Below are positions 28,571 through 37,679 of a stretch of 64,000 nt of DNA, one piece after another. Positions within the stretch are counted from its first letter, which is position 1. Each line of letters begins with the position of its first letter. Below the pieces are notes generated by a model that ran no database searches, was not told the origin of the DNA, and saw only the letters and a program-made list of their open reading frames with translations. The position numbers and the translations under genes are program-made. Origin of the DNA: Candidatus Omnitrophota bacterium (GTDB lineage: Bacteria > Omnitrophota > Gorgyraeia > Zapsychrales > Aceulaceae); NCBI GenBank assembly GCA_028693815.1, contig JAQUUP010000002.1:7056-71055 (forward strand), written 5' to 3'.

Positions 28571-29539
28571 ATGAATAAAAAAGAATTTCAGAAAAACTTA
28601 AAAGCAACAGTGAAATTGATTCGAAAGAGTCAGAGGATTATTTTGGCTTGCCATATGAATCCGGATGGAGATGCGATCGGGTCTATGATGGGATTAGGTC
28701 TTGGCTTGGCTAAGATAAGCAAAAAGGTTATTTTTCTTTGCCCAGATGCTATTCCTGCCCGATACGAAGCGCTTCCTGGCGTTAAGCAGGTAAGGAGCCA
28801 ATGCAAGGATGTGGGAGATTTGGCGATTACTCTTGATTGCGCAAGTATTACGCAGCTGCCTCGCATTGATCGAATTCTTGAGAAATCAAGATATATCGTT
28901 GAGATTGACCATCATATTTACCGTAATCAATTTGGTGATATTCAGTTGATTTCAGAAAACGCTTCTTCGGTTGGAGAAATTGTACTTAAGCTTTTGAATT
29001 GTTTGAGAATTAAAATAGATAAAAGAATTGCAGAATGTCTTTTGACATCGGCGATCGTTGAAACATGTTCTTTTAGCGGAGAGAGCGTTAGCAGCGATAC
29101 TTTTGAGACTTGTGCTAAATTGATTCAAACGGGTGTTGATTTTAATAAAATTTCACAACGCTATTATTGGAAAAAGAATTTACCGGCCATGCATTTAACG
29201 GGACTTGCTTATTTAAGGGTTAAGATAGTGAAAAACAGCAATGTAGTCTGGTCGATTATTTATAAGGAAGATTTTAAGAAATTTAATGGAAAGCAAGAAG
29301 ACGTGGATCCTGTGGCTGACGATATTCTCGTGACGGGTGAAGCAAAGATTTCGTTATTTTTTAGAGAAATAGAAAATAACATGATGCGCGTTAGTCTTCG
29401 CTCTAAAGGAATAATTGATGTTGGGCGTCTGGCTACAACTTATGGCGGCGGTGGGCATCAAAATGTATCGAGTTGTCGGATTCATAACACAAAGCGAGCA
29501 ATTGAGAAATTGATAAAAAAAGCGGCACAACTAACGTAG
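28571..29539 (+). CDS. nrnA: DHH/DHHA1 phosphoesterase, NrnA-like oligoribonuclease/pAp phosphatase
   Basis: CHMNPDGDAIGS, VEIDHH and the C-terminal GGGH DHHA1 motif. Confidence 0.8.
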   Translation: MNKKEFQKNLKATVKLIRKSQRIILACHMNPDGDAIGSMMGLGLGLAKISKKVIFLCPDAIPARYEALPGVKQVRSQCKDVGDLAITLDCASITQLPRIDRILEKSRYIVEIDHHIYRNQFGDIQLISENASSVGEIVLKLLNCLRIKIDKRIAECLLTSAIVETCSFSGESVSSDTFETCAKLIQTGVDFNKISQRYYWKKNLPAMHLTGLAYLRVKIVKNSNVVWSIIYKEDFKKFNGKQEDVDPVADDILVTGEAKISLFFREIENNMMRVSLRSKGIIDVGRLATTYGGGGHQNVSSCRIHNTKRAIEKLIKKAAQLT

Positions 29540-29548
29540 TAAGAAAAT

Positions 29549-29821
29549 ATGGACGAGACATTGATTCAAAAAGTAGGATTGATTGCTGCGATTGCTTTGC
29601 CTTTCTGGAACATTCCTTTAGTGATTCGAATTATTAAGAGGAAATCATCTAAGGATATTAGTCTTTTGTGGGTGATTGGGGTTTGGATTTGTTTGATTTT
29701 GATGGCCCCATCCGGATTTGCTTCCGAGGATATTGTTTGGAAAGTGTTTAATATTGTTAATTTGGTATTGTTTTCATTAGTTTTTGTTGTTGCACTTATT
29801 TATCATAAAGGGAGATCATGA
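29549..29821 (+). CDS. Small 3-TM membrane protein, hypothetical
   Basis: Three hydrophobic helices. ATGA overlap with era. Confidence 0.35.
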   Translation: MDETLIQKVGLIAAIALPFWNIPLVIRIIKRKSSKDISLLWVIGVWICLILMAPSGFASEDIVWKVFNIVNLVLFSLVFVVALIYHKGRS

Positions 29822-30741
29822 GCGATTCTGTTGATAAAGATTTTAAAGCTGGGTTTGTTTCAATTGTCGGGAGGCCTAATGTTGGAAAATCAACATTGCT
29901 CAATGCGATTGTTGGACAAAAAGTTGCGATTGTCTCACGCGTTCCTCAGACAACGCGTAATCAAATTCGGGGTATTTATAATGAGGATAGAGGGCAAATT
30001 GTTTTTATTGATACGCCTGGGCTTATGCGAGGAAAAGATCAGCTTGACCAATTTATGAGACAGTCTTCATTTGGATCATTGGGAGATGTTGATTGCGTGA
30101 TTCATCTTGTGGATGCCAACAAAGCTCTAGGGGAGGGCGAGCAAATGATTATGGAGCGTCTTGCTAAAATGAAAGAGCCTTTGATCTTAGGATTAAATAA
30201 AGTTGATTTGAAAGGTAAGAGAGTTCCGGAGTATATTGAGGCATATCAACAAAAGCTAGAGGAAAAGTTTGGTGATTCAAAGAAATTTATTATCCTTCCT
30301 CTTTCAGGTGAGACAGGATTTAATATCGATAAGTTGACAGATCTTATATTTGATTTTCTACCCGTTAGCCCGCCGCTTTATCCTCGAGATATGGTTTCGG
30401 ATGTTCCGCAGAAAATTGCTATTTCAGATATTATTCGAGAAAAATTGCTTGCGCTTATGCGAGATGAGATTCCTTATTCGCTTGCGGTTGATATTGTGCA
30501 GATGGAGCGAAGAAAAAATAAACTTTTCTATATTGAGGCTGTTATCTTGGTCTCGGAATCAACGCATAAGGAAATTGTGATCGGTAAAAAAGGACAAAAC
30601 TTAAAAACGGTTGGAACGCTTGCGCGAGAAGATCTTGAAAAGATTTTGGATAGACGTGTTTTTCTTGATTTAAATGTTAAGGTTCAAAAAAAGTGGAGAG
30701 ACAATATTTCTGTTTTAACAGATTTGGGTTATGTTAATTAA
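29818..30741 (+). CDS. era: GTPase Era
   Basis: G1 GRPNVGKS, G3 DTPG, G4 NKVD, plus a C-terminal KH domain. Confidence 0.9.
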   Translation: MSDSVDKDFKAGFVSIVGRPNVGKSTLLNAIVGQKVAIVSRVPQTTRNQIRGIYNEDRGQIVFIDTPGLMRGKDQLDQFMRQSSFGSLGDVDCVIHLVDANKALGEGEQMIMERLAKMKEPLILGLNKVDLKGKRVPEYIEAYQQKLEEKFGDSKKFIILPLSGETGFNIDKLTDLIFDFLPVSPPLYPRDMVSDVPQKIAISDIIREKLLALMRDEIPYSLAVDIVQMERRKNKLFYIEAVILVSESTHKEIVIGKKGQNLKTVGTLAREDLEKILDRRVFLDLNVKVQKKWRDNISVLTDLGYVN

Positions 30742-30808
30742 AGGCATTATTTATGGAACGAAGAGAGATAAGTAGGGCCCCGAAATTATAGCCAAAGGGT
30801 ATTTAGGA

Positions 30809-31498
30809 ATGAAAGCTTTTGCCACAAAGCAAGTACAGCGTTTAGATAGAATTGCGATTGAAAAATTTGGTATTCCATCGATTGTTTTGATGGAAAATGC
30901 AGGACGTTTAACCGCATCTGAAATTATGCAGATGCTTAAAAATCCCAAAGATCATTTTGTTTGTGTTGTTTGTGGTGCGGGTAATAATGGCGGTGATGGA
31001 TTTGTTGTTGCTCGACATTTGATTAGTTGTGGATATCGCGTAAAGGTATTTTTGATTGGGTCCGCTTACAAGCTTAAGAATGATGCAGCGGTTAATTATA
31101 AAATCTTAAAGAAATTAAAATGTTCGATTCAAAGTGTTCGTGGTTTGAATCGCGATATGTTAAAAGATTTTAAGAAAACAACGCTAATTGTGGATGCGAT
31201 TTTTGGCGTTGGATTAAGCCGAGCGATAAGCAATCCTTTTAAGGACATTATAGAGGCGATTAACATATCAAAAAAACGTGTGATTGCTGTCGACGTTCCT
31301 TCTGGATTAGACGCAACGACAGGGCGCACTTGTGGTGCTTGTATCAAAGCATATCGAACTATTACTTTTGCTGTTTTGAAAAAAGGATTATTAGGATTTG
31401 ATGGTTTGACGCATGCGGGAAAAATTAAGGTTGTTGATATCGGCATCCCAAAGCAAATTGAAAAAGAGATTTTAGGCAATGGTTCAGCTGTCAGATAA
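30809..31498 (+). CDS. nnrE: NAD(P)H-hydrate epimerase (YjeF N-terminal domain)
   Basis: VVCGAGNNGGDGFVVARHL is the YjeF_N signature. Confidence 0.75.
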   Translation: MKAFATKQVQRLDRIAIEKFGIPSIVLMENAGRLTASEIMQMLKNPKDHFVCVVCGAGNNGGDGFVVARHLISCGYRVKVFLIGSAYKLKNDAAVNYKILKKLKCSIQSVRGLNRDMLKDFKKTTLIVDAIFGVGLSRAISNPFKDIIEAINISKKRVIAVDVPSGLDATTGRTCGACIKAYRTITFAVLKKGLLGFDGLTHAGKIKVVDIGIPKQIEKEILGNGSAVR

Positions 31499-32147
31499 AA
31501 AACGTATTGATAAGATTGTTTGTTTGCTTCGCAAGGCTGTTAAGAATTTGAGTGAACCGTCTGTGACCCTTGTAGGCAAGAAATGGAATGACCCATTTTT
31601 AGTTCTTGTTTCTTGTATTTTAAGTTTACGAACAAAAGACGAGACAACGCTTTTAGCATCTCAAAGGTTGTTCGAATTAGCCATGAATCCTAAGGCGATG
31701 TTGACGCTGTCGGTTTTGCAGATTGAAAAGGCCATTTATCCGGTTGGATTTTATAAAACAAAGGCACGCAACATTAAGGGGATGTGTAAGGATATTCTAG
31801 AGAAGTTTGGCGGCAGGGTGCCGGATGAAATTGAGGACTTGCTTACCCTCAAAGGAGTCGGAAGAAAAACTGCTAATCTGGTTTTAACGGAAGGGTATGG
31901 TAAGCTCGGTATCTGTGTTGATACCCATGTTCACCGAATATCAAATCGACTAGGATATATAAAAACAAAGAATCCAGAGCAGACAGAAATGGCTTTAAGA
32001 AAAAAATTGCCAAAAAAGTTTTGGATAGAGTATAATGCGCTGCTTGTCACGTGGGGACAAAATGTGTGTCGGCCAATATCGCCAAGATGTACTGAATGCG
32101 CGATTTCAGAATTGTGCTCAAAGAAAAGCGTGACAACGAAAAGATAA
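31479..32147 (+). CDS. nth: Endonuclease III (HhH-GPD DNA glycosylase, 4Fe-4S)
   Basis: LKGVGRKTANLVL helix-hairpin-helix, catalytic D, and C-terminal CRPISPRCTECAISELC cluster. Confidence 0.85.
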   Translation: MVQLSDKKRIDKIVCLLRKAVKNLSEPSVTLVGKKWNDPFLVLVSCILSLRTKDETTLLASQRLFELAMNPKAMLTLSVLQIEKAIYPVGFYKTKARNIKGMCKDILEKFGGRVPDEIEDLLTLKGVGRKTANLVLTEGYGKLGICVDTHVHRISNRLGYIKTKNPEQTEMALRKKLPKKFWIEYNALLVTWGQNVCRPISPRCTECAISELCSKKSVTTKR

Positions 32148-32150
32148 ATC

Positions 32151-32359
32151 AACTTATAAGTTTTAAGTTGTAAGTTTTAAGTTTAAAGAAGGCATTTAGG
32201 GAATTGTCAGCATTGACAAGGAAAAAGGTCTAGCGGATAATTATTCTTTTTGCGTTTTATTCACAGCGCACCTTTTAGTAAAAACTTGTTTTATTTAGAA
32301 CCTAACACTTAACACTTAATACTTATAACTTATAACTTAACGCTTACATCTTACAACTT
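32151..32359. promoter_or_regulatory. Symmetric repeat/operator region: TAAGTT-type repeats, palindrome TTGTCAgcatTGACAA, then a tandem AACTTAA-type heptamer array
   Basis: 12-nt perfect palindrome AACTTATAAGTT at 32151-32162, followed by TAAGTT repeats to ~32188. TTGTCAGCATTGACAA at 32204-32219. About 8 degenerate heptamers (cACTTAA / tACTTAT / aACTTAa) from 32303 to 32359, ending 5 nt before the ATG. Confidence 0.4.
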
Positions 32360-32364
32360 TTATT

Positions 32365-33651
32365 ATGGACCTTTTTATTTTTTTCTCAGAAATTTTAGGC
32401 AGGAAAGTTATTGACCAAAACAATGACTGCATAGGGACTTTGTGTGATATTGGGATGAATGTCGGAAAAGAGGTTTATCCTAAGTCTAGCTATCTTGTTG
32501 TTAAAAGAGGTTTTTTTGGCAAACGCTTTGCCCAAGTTCCTTGGGAAAAGGTGTATGATCTAAGCAAGGCGTTTAGGGTTTCTGTTGTAAAAAGTGAGAT
32601 TCAATATCAGAAGCAACGACCTCAATATGAGCTTACGCTTTGCCGGGATGTTTTAGATCAGCAGGTTGTTGATACGGATGATCAAAAAGTTGTGCGTGTC
32701 AATGATGTGAGTTTTTTAAAAGTTGATAATTTTCTTTATATGGCGCATATGGATGTTGGGTTGCGCGGACTTGCTCGACGGTTGGGTTGGGCAAAAATGA
32801 TCGATAATTTCTTAAAATCATTCTTTCCTAACGTTTTATATTTAACAAAAGAAGATTTTATTCCTTGGAAAAATACACAAATTCTAACGCTTGGGCGCAC
32901 GAAGAATGTTTTGCGTCTTAATATTGCACGAGAAAAATTATCTCAAATTCCTCCAGCTGAATTAGCCGAGATTATGGAGGATTTGGATATTTTTGAGAAA
33001 TATTCCTTATTTAAATCATTTGAGCCTCTTGTTCAGCAGCGAGTGTTTTCTGATCTGTCCACTTCTGAACAAGAAGAAATTATTGATCAAATGAGTGATG
33101 AGGAGGCAGGAAAACTTCTTGAGAGTATTCCGTCTGATGATGCGGTTGATCTTTTGCTGAGTTTGCCAAAAGAGAAGACTTCTGTTTTGATGCGCTTGAT
33201 GGGAACAAAGAAATCTAAGAAATTGCGTGAACTTCTAGATTTTGAAAGAGATTCGGCGGGCGGCTTGATGACCACAGAATATTTATTTTTGCCGCAAAAT
33301 GCATTAGTTAAAGACGCGATGAAAAAAATTCAAGACAATGTGCAATCATCGGCAAATATTTATTATATTTATATTGTTGATGAAAAACATCATTTGCTAG
33401 GGTTCACATCATTGCGTAATTTTATTAATAAAGATTCGTGGATACCAATATTAGATACGTGTTATCCAAAAAACGTTTTTGTACGCACAGATGATGGCAT
33501 GGAAGAAATTGCTCTTCTTTTAGAAAAATATAAGTTTTCCGTGATTCCTGTTTTAGATGAAAACGATGTTTTAAAAGGTGTTATTACCATCGACGATGTT
33601 TTAGAAGAGCTAATTTCTATTGCATGGGGTAAATATAAGGAAAAATTATAA
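32365..33651 (+). CDS. Soluble PRC-barrel + MgtE N-terminal domain + tandem CBS protein (MgtE cytoplasmic Mg2+-sensing module without a TM domain)
   Basis: MgtE_N signature PAELAEIMEDLD...SDDAVDLLLSLP...DSAGGLMTTE, then a CBS pair. No hydrophobic segment. Confidence 0.8.
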   Translation: MDLFIFFSEILGRKVIDQNNDCIGTLCDIGMNVGKEVYPKSSYLVVKRGFFGKRFAQVPWEKVYDLSKAFRVSVVKSEIQYQKQRPQYELTLCRDVLDQQVVDTDDQKVVRVNDVSFLKVDNFLYMAHMDVGLRGLARRLGWAKMIDNFLKSFFPNVLYLTKEDFIPWKNTQILTLGRTKNVLRLNIAREKLSQIPPAELAEIMEDLDIFEKYSLFKSFEPLVQQRVFSDLSTSEQEEIIDQMSDEEAGKLLESIPSDDAVDLLLSLPKEKTSVLMRLMGTKKSKKLRELLDFERDSAGGLMTTEYLFLPQNALVKDAMKKIQDNVQSSANIYYIYIVDEKHHLLGFTSLRNFINKDSWIPILDTCYPKNVFVRTDDGMEEIALLLEKYKFSVIPVLDENDVLKGVITIDDVLEELISIAWGKYKEKL

Positions 33652-34919
33652 TGAAGATTATTGAGCGGATAAAAAACACAAAAATGGTCAGGAACTTTTT
33701 TATATTCTTGGCGATTATGGGGCCAGGAATTATAACGGCAAATGTCGATAATGATGCGGGTGGTATTGCGACTTATTCTTTGGCAGGAGCTCATTTTGGC
33801 TATACGCTTTTGTGGTCGCTTATTCCGATTATGATTGCTTTGATTATTATTCAGGAAATGTGTGCGCGCATGGCTGTTGCGACAGGCAAGGGCTTGGCTG
33901 ATCTTATTCGCGAAAATTTTGGCGTTAAGATTACGTTTCATTTGATGTGGATCTTGCTCGTGGTTAATCTTTTAAACGTTATGGCAGAATTTGCTGGTGT
34001 TGCTGCAAGTCTTGAAATTTTTCATGTGAACAAACTTATTTCTGTTCCCTTGGCGGCATTATTTGTTTGGATGCTCGTGGTTAAAGGGACATATAAGTCA
34101 GTGGAAAAAATATTTTTGACAGCTTGTTTGTTTTATGTGACATATGTTTTTTCTGGATTCATCGCAAAGCCAGAATGGACCGAAGTTCTTAAGCAAACCA
34201 TAGCTCCTGAGTTTACATTTGATTTTAAATATTCTGTCATGTTAGTCGGTATTATTGGAACAACGATTGCTCCTTGGATGCAGTTTTATTTGCAATCATC
34301 AATTGTTGATAAAGGGGTCAGTGTTGAAGAATACAAGCATGTGCGCATGGATGTTGTTGGAGGAAGCATCATCGCTCCAGTGGTTGCTTTTTTTATTGTG
34401 GTAGCGTGTGCAGCGACGTTGTTTAAAGCCGGGATTACGATCGAAAGCGCTAAAGATGCGGCAATGGCTCTTGAGCCGTTGGCAGGACAAAATGCAAAAT
34501 GGTTGTTTGCTTTTGGTCTTTTTAATGCGTCTATTTTTGCAGCGTCTGTTTTGCCGTTATCAACGGCGTATTGTATTTGTGAAGGAATGGGATGGGACAC
34601 TGGCGTTGATAAGCGTTTTGAAGAAGCGCCTCAATTCTTCGGTCTTTATACAGCTTTGATTATTATTGGTGCTGGCGTTGTTTTGATTCCTAATTTTCCT
34701 TTGCTTAAAATTATGTATTTTTCTCAGGTTGGAAACGGCATCTTGCTTCCATTTATTCTGATTTTCATGTTGCTTTTAATTAATGATAAGAAATTGATGG
34801 GAGACTTTATTAATAATCGATTCCTAAATATTATCACGTGGATAACGGTTGTATTGATTATTGTGCTAACAGTATTGATGGTTGTTTTTTCTTTGTTGAA
34901 TCCTGGTCAGTTGATATAA
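33651..34919 (+). CDS. Nramp-related transporter with non-canonical metal site (NRMT-like, putative Mg2+ transporter)
   Basis: Nramp/LeuT-fold topology. TM1 has VDNDAGG instead of DPGN and TM6 has APW instead of MPH (Asn to Gly, Met to Ala), as reported for Nramp-related Mg2+ transporters. TAATG overlap with the upstream gene. Confidence 0.75.
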   Translation: MKIIERIKNTKMVRNFFIFLAIMGPGIITANVDNDAGGIATYSLAGAHFGYTLLWSLIPIMIALIIIQEMCARMAVATGKGLADLIRENFGVKITFHLMWILLVVNLLNVMAEFAGVAASLEIFHVNKLISVPLAALFVWMLVVKGTYKSVEKIFLTACLFYVTYVFSGFIAKPEWTEVLKQTIAPEFTFDFKYSVMLVGIIGTTIAPWMQFYLQSSIVDKGVSVEEYKHVRMDVVGGSIIAPVVAFFIVVACAATLFKAGITIESAKDAAMALEPLAGQNAKWLFAFGLFNASIFAASVLPLSTAYCICEGMGWDTGVDKRFEEAPQFFGLYTALIIIGAGVVLIPNFPLLKIMYFSQVGNGILLPFILIFMLLLINDKKLMGDFINNRFLNIITWITVVLIIVLTVLMVVFSLLNPGQLI

Positions 34920-35275
34920 AAGAGTATAAGTTTTTCAAAAATGAGCATCTTTTCGATATTGGATTCTTGTTTTTTACATGAATGTATTGACAACGGTTCC
35001 TCAGTATGTTAAAAAAAATATAAAGAAAGTTAACGTAGGTTCTTAAAATTATGATTTTATTCATGAACAAGTACGAAAATTTAGGTATTTCCTTTTCAAG
35101 GATTTTTGTCTTCTTAACAAGGCGGGCAAGTCCTGCTGCTCGAGGTTTGTGGATGGGAACAACGGCTTTAGCGAGTGGGCTTCATTGACATACTATGTCC
35201 ATCAAATAAGATTTTCAAACGAAAGGATTTCATAAAAGAATTATAACTTAAACTTATAATTCTTTTTTTTTGATC

Positions 35276-36289
35276 ATGACAATGATAATTGGTTTGACAT
35301 ATGATGCAAAAGAAGATTGTCCTGTACGCCAAGGTCAGCCTATTGATTTTAATGCTGAACTAGATCCGCCGGATACGATCAATGGTATTATCGCGGCGCT
35401 AGAGTCTGGTGGGCACAAAGTTAAGAAAATAGGAAATTTTAGAAATCTTCTTTCACAGATTGATTGTCTTTGTGTTGACATTGTTTTTAATATTTCTGAA
35501 GGGTTGGTTGGAAGAAACAGAGAATCGCAGATTCCAATGTTGCTTGAGCTGTATGATATTCCATATATTGGATCAGATGCGCTAACGCTTGGAATAACGT
35601 TGGACAAGATGGTTTCCAAAAAATGCTTTGTTGCTGATAATATTCCAACAGCGCGATCATTGATCGCAAGGTCAGTTGAGGACCTAAAAGATCTTGGAGG
35701 CCTTCAGTTTCCTTTGATGGTTAAACCGTGCTATGAAGGAACATCCAAAGGGATTACATCATTATCGCGAGTTGAGAATTCAGAATCACTAGAGACCCAG
35801 GTAAGGTTTGTTACCAACCAATATCATCAGCCAGCGATCGTTGAGGAGTTCATCAAAGGAAGAGAGTGCACGGTTGTTGTTTTAGGAAATGATGAGCCTA
35901 TCCCTATGCCTATTGTGCAATATCAGATTGATGACCAGCTTGATGGAGATGCTTTTTATACTTCTGAGCATGTGCGCAAAGAAAGTGTTAATTATATTTG
36001 TCCTGCACAAATAAGCCCAGAGTTGACTTCTCGGCTGCAAGAGCTAGCTGTTAAAGTTTATAAAAGTGTTGGATGCCGCGATTTTGGCCGAGTTGATTTT
36101 CGGATTGACGAGAACGACAATCCGTATGTTCTTGAGATTAATCCGTTGCCGTGTTTAGCACGAAAAGATACTTTTTCGTTTGTTGCCAAAGAGATAGGCA
36201 AATCGTTTGAAGAAATGATTCTTTGGGTTTTGGACGAAGGACTAAAAAGATTAAAAATGGATAAACAAACAATAGGAACTTGCGCATGA
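35276..36289 (+). CDS. Ddl-like ATP-grasp ligase (non-canonical N-terminus)
   Basis: IPYIGSDALTLGITLDKMVSKK, EEFIKGRECTVVVLGN and GRVDFRIDENDNPYVLEINPLP parallel D-Ala-D-Ala ligase motifs, but the N-terminal GGxSxExxVS motif is absent. Confidence 0.65.
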   Translation: MTMIIGLTYDAKEDCPVRQGQPIDFNAELDPPDTINGIIAALESGGHKVKKIGNFRNLLSQIDCLCVDIVFNISEGLVGRNRESQIPMLLELYDIPYIGSDALTLGITLDKMVSKKCFVADNIPTARSLIARSVEDLKDLGGLQFPLMVKPCYEGTSKGITSLSRVENSESLETQVRFVTNQYHQPAIVEEFIKGRECTVVVLGNDEPIPMPIVQYQIDDQLDGDAFYTSEHVRKESVNYICPAQISPELTSRLQELAVKVYKSVGCRDFGRVDFRIDENDNPYVLEINPLPCLARKDTFSFVAKEIGKSFEEMILWVLDEGLKRLKMDKQTIGTCA

Positions 36290-37467
36290 ACCCAATTAAT
36301 GAAACAACTCAACAGGCTCAAGAAAAAGCGATTGCGCTAAGAGTTAGTTTATCTTCTAAAGAGAATCGTTTTATTAATTTCTTTGAGAATGCTACTCCGA
36401 TTGATTGGGAAGATTGGACTTGGCAAATTAGTCATCGTATTAGGACTAAAGAAACTTTGTCTGAGATGCTTGATTTAACTTCTGAAGAAATTCAAGGCAT
36501 CGAAGGGTGTGGGCAAAAACTAACTATGGCAATTCCTCCTTATTTTGCTTCGTTAATCGATCCGAACGATTCTAATTGTCCAATTCGAAGGCAATGTATT
36601 CCTGTCAAAGATGAGTTGATAAAATCTGCCAATGAGCTAGAAGACCCATGCGCAGAAGATAATCATTCTCCTGTGCCAGGGCTTGTACATCGATATCCGG
36701 ATCGAGTTTTGTTTTTAGTTAGCGAAATGTGTGCGATGTATTGCCGTCATTGTACGCGTTCGCGCATGGTTGGAGAAGGAAGGCGCAAGAGAAAAACGTC
36801 TCATTATGAAGATGCATATAATTATATTCGATCAAATAAAAAAATTCGTGATGTTTTAATTTCTGGCGGAGATCCATTGATGCTAAGCGATGAAACGCTC
36901 GAAGACATTATCAAGAACATTAAAGCTATTGCGCATGTGGAGCTTGTCCGCATTGGAACAAGGGTGCCTGTTACGATGCCGCAGCGGATCACTGGCAACT
37001 TAGTGGCTATGCTAAAGAAATATAGTCCTCTTTGGATGAGTATTCATTTTAATCATCCTAAAGAAATTACTAAACGTGTGCGTTTTGCTTGTGAGCTTTT
37101 ATCTGACAATGGTATTCCTTTGGGGAGTCAGACTGTGCTTTTAAAAGGAATTAATGACAAGCCGTATATTATGAAAAAATTAATGCACGAGCTTCTCAAA
37201 ATTCGCGTTCGTCCATATTATATTTATCAATGTGATCCGATTGTCGGGTCTAGCCATTTTCGCACACCAATTTCAACAGGAATTGGCATTATTGATAAAT
37301 TGCGGGGGCATACTACCGGGTACGCAGTTCCCAAGTATGTTATTGACGCGCCCGGCGGCGGTGGCAAAATTCCTATCGAACCGAATGCCATTATTTCTCA
37401 AGATCAGAATACATATGTTTTGCGGAATTTTGCCGGAGAACAATATACTCATCACGATCCACAATAA
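36286..37467 (+). CDS. kamA: Lysine 2,3-aminomutase family radical-SAM enzyme (KamA-like)
   Basis: CAMYCRHCTRSR (CxxxCxxC) plus KamA-family flanks. At 395 aa it is longer than EpmB. ATGA overlap with the ATP-grasp gene. Confidence 0.8.
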   Translation: MNPINETTQQAQEKAIALRVSLSSKENRFINFFENATPIDWEDWTWQISHRIRTKETLSEMLDLTSEEIQGIEGCGQKLTMAIPPYFASLIDPNDSNCPIRRQCIPVKDELIKSANELEDPCAEDNHSPVPGLVHRYPDRVLFLVSEMCAMYCRHCTRSRMVGEGRRKRKTSHYEDAYNYIRSNKKIRDVLISGGDPLMLSDETLEDIIKNIKAIAHVELVRIGTRVPVTMPQRITGNLVAMLKKYSPLWMSIHFNHPKEITKRVRFACELLSDNGIPLGSQTVLLKGINDKPYIMKKLMHELLKIRVRPYYIYQCDPIVGSSHFRTPISTGIGIIDKLRGHTTGYAVPKYVIDAPGGGGKIPIEPNAIISQDQNTYVLRNFAGEQYTHHDPQ

Positions 37468-37679
37468 AGCATTGTTCTAGAATTAAATTCAATTTTTTAA
37501 AATAATTTATTTTTATGCCAAATCACAAGAATACATAAGTTATTATTTCTCAATGACTTGTATTATATATCATGGCCGTAATGAAAGCGCTTGCTTTAGA
37601 GGCCTTGGTTTCATTGAAAGATGGTGAAGATATGCTATCTTTTATAAGGTTTTAGGAGAACCATTAAAAGGAGAGTGAA

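Noticed and set aside
32303-32359. Heptamer array considered as a CRISPR-like or microsatellite feature
   Set aside because: Units are 7 nt and degenerate, with no spacers and no cas genes. Read as a regulatory repeat array instead.
33462-33941. 159-aa minus-strand ORF spanning the MgtE-like/NRMT junction
   Set aside because: It is antisense across two translationally coupled genes, with no motifs.
35096-35200. GC-richer patch upstream of the ATP-grasp/kamA pair considered as a lysine (L-box) or other riboswitch
   Set aside because: I could not find the L-box, glycine, SAM or M-box conserved blocks by eye. It is kept only as a note inside the kamA finding, not called as a feature.
35270-35275. 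TTG start giving MIMTMIIGL for the ATP-grasp gene
   Set aside because: The ATG two codons downstream (35276) is the more conventional start. The difference is trivial, but the track start is probably an artefact of alternative-start translation.
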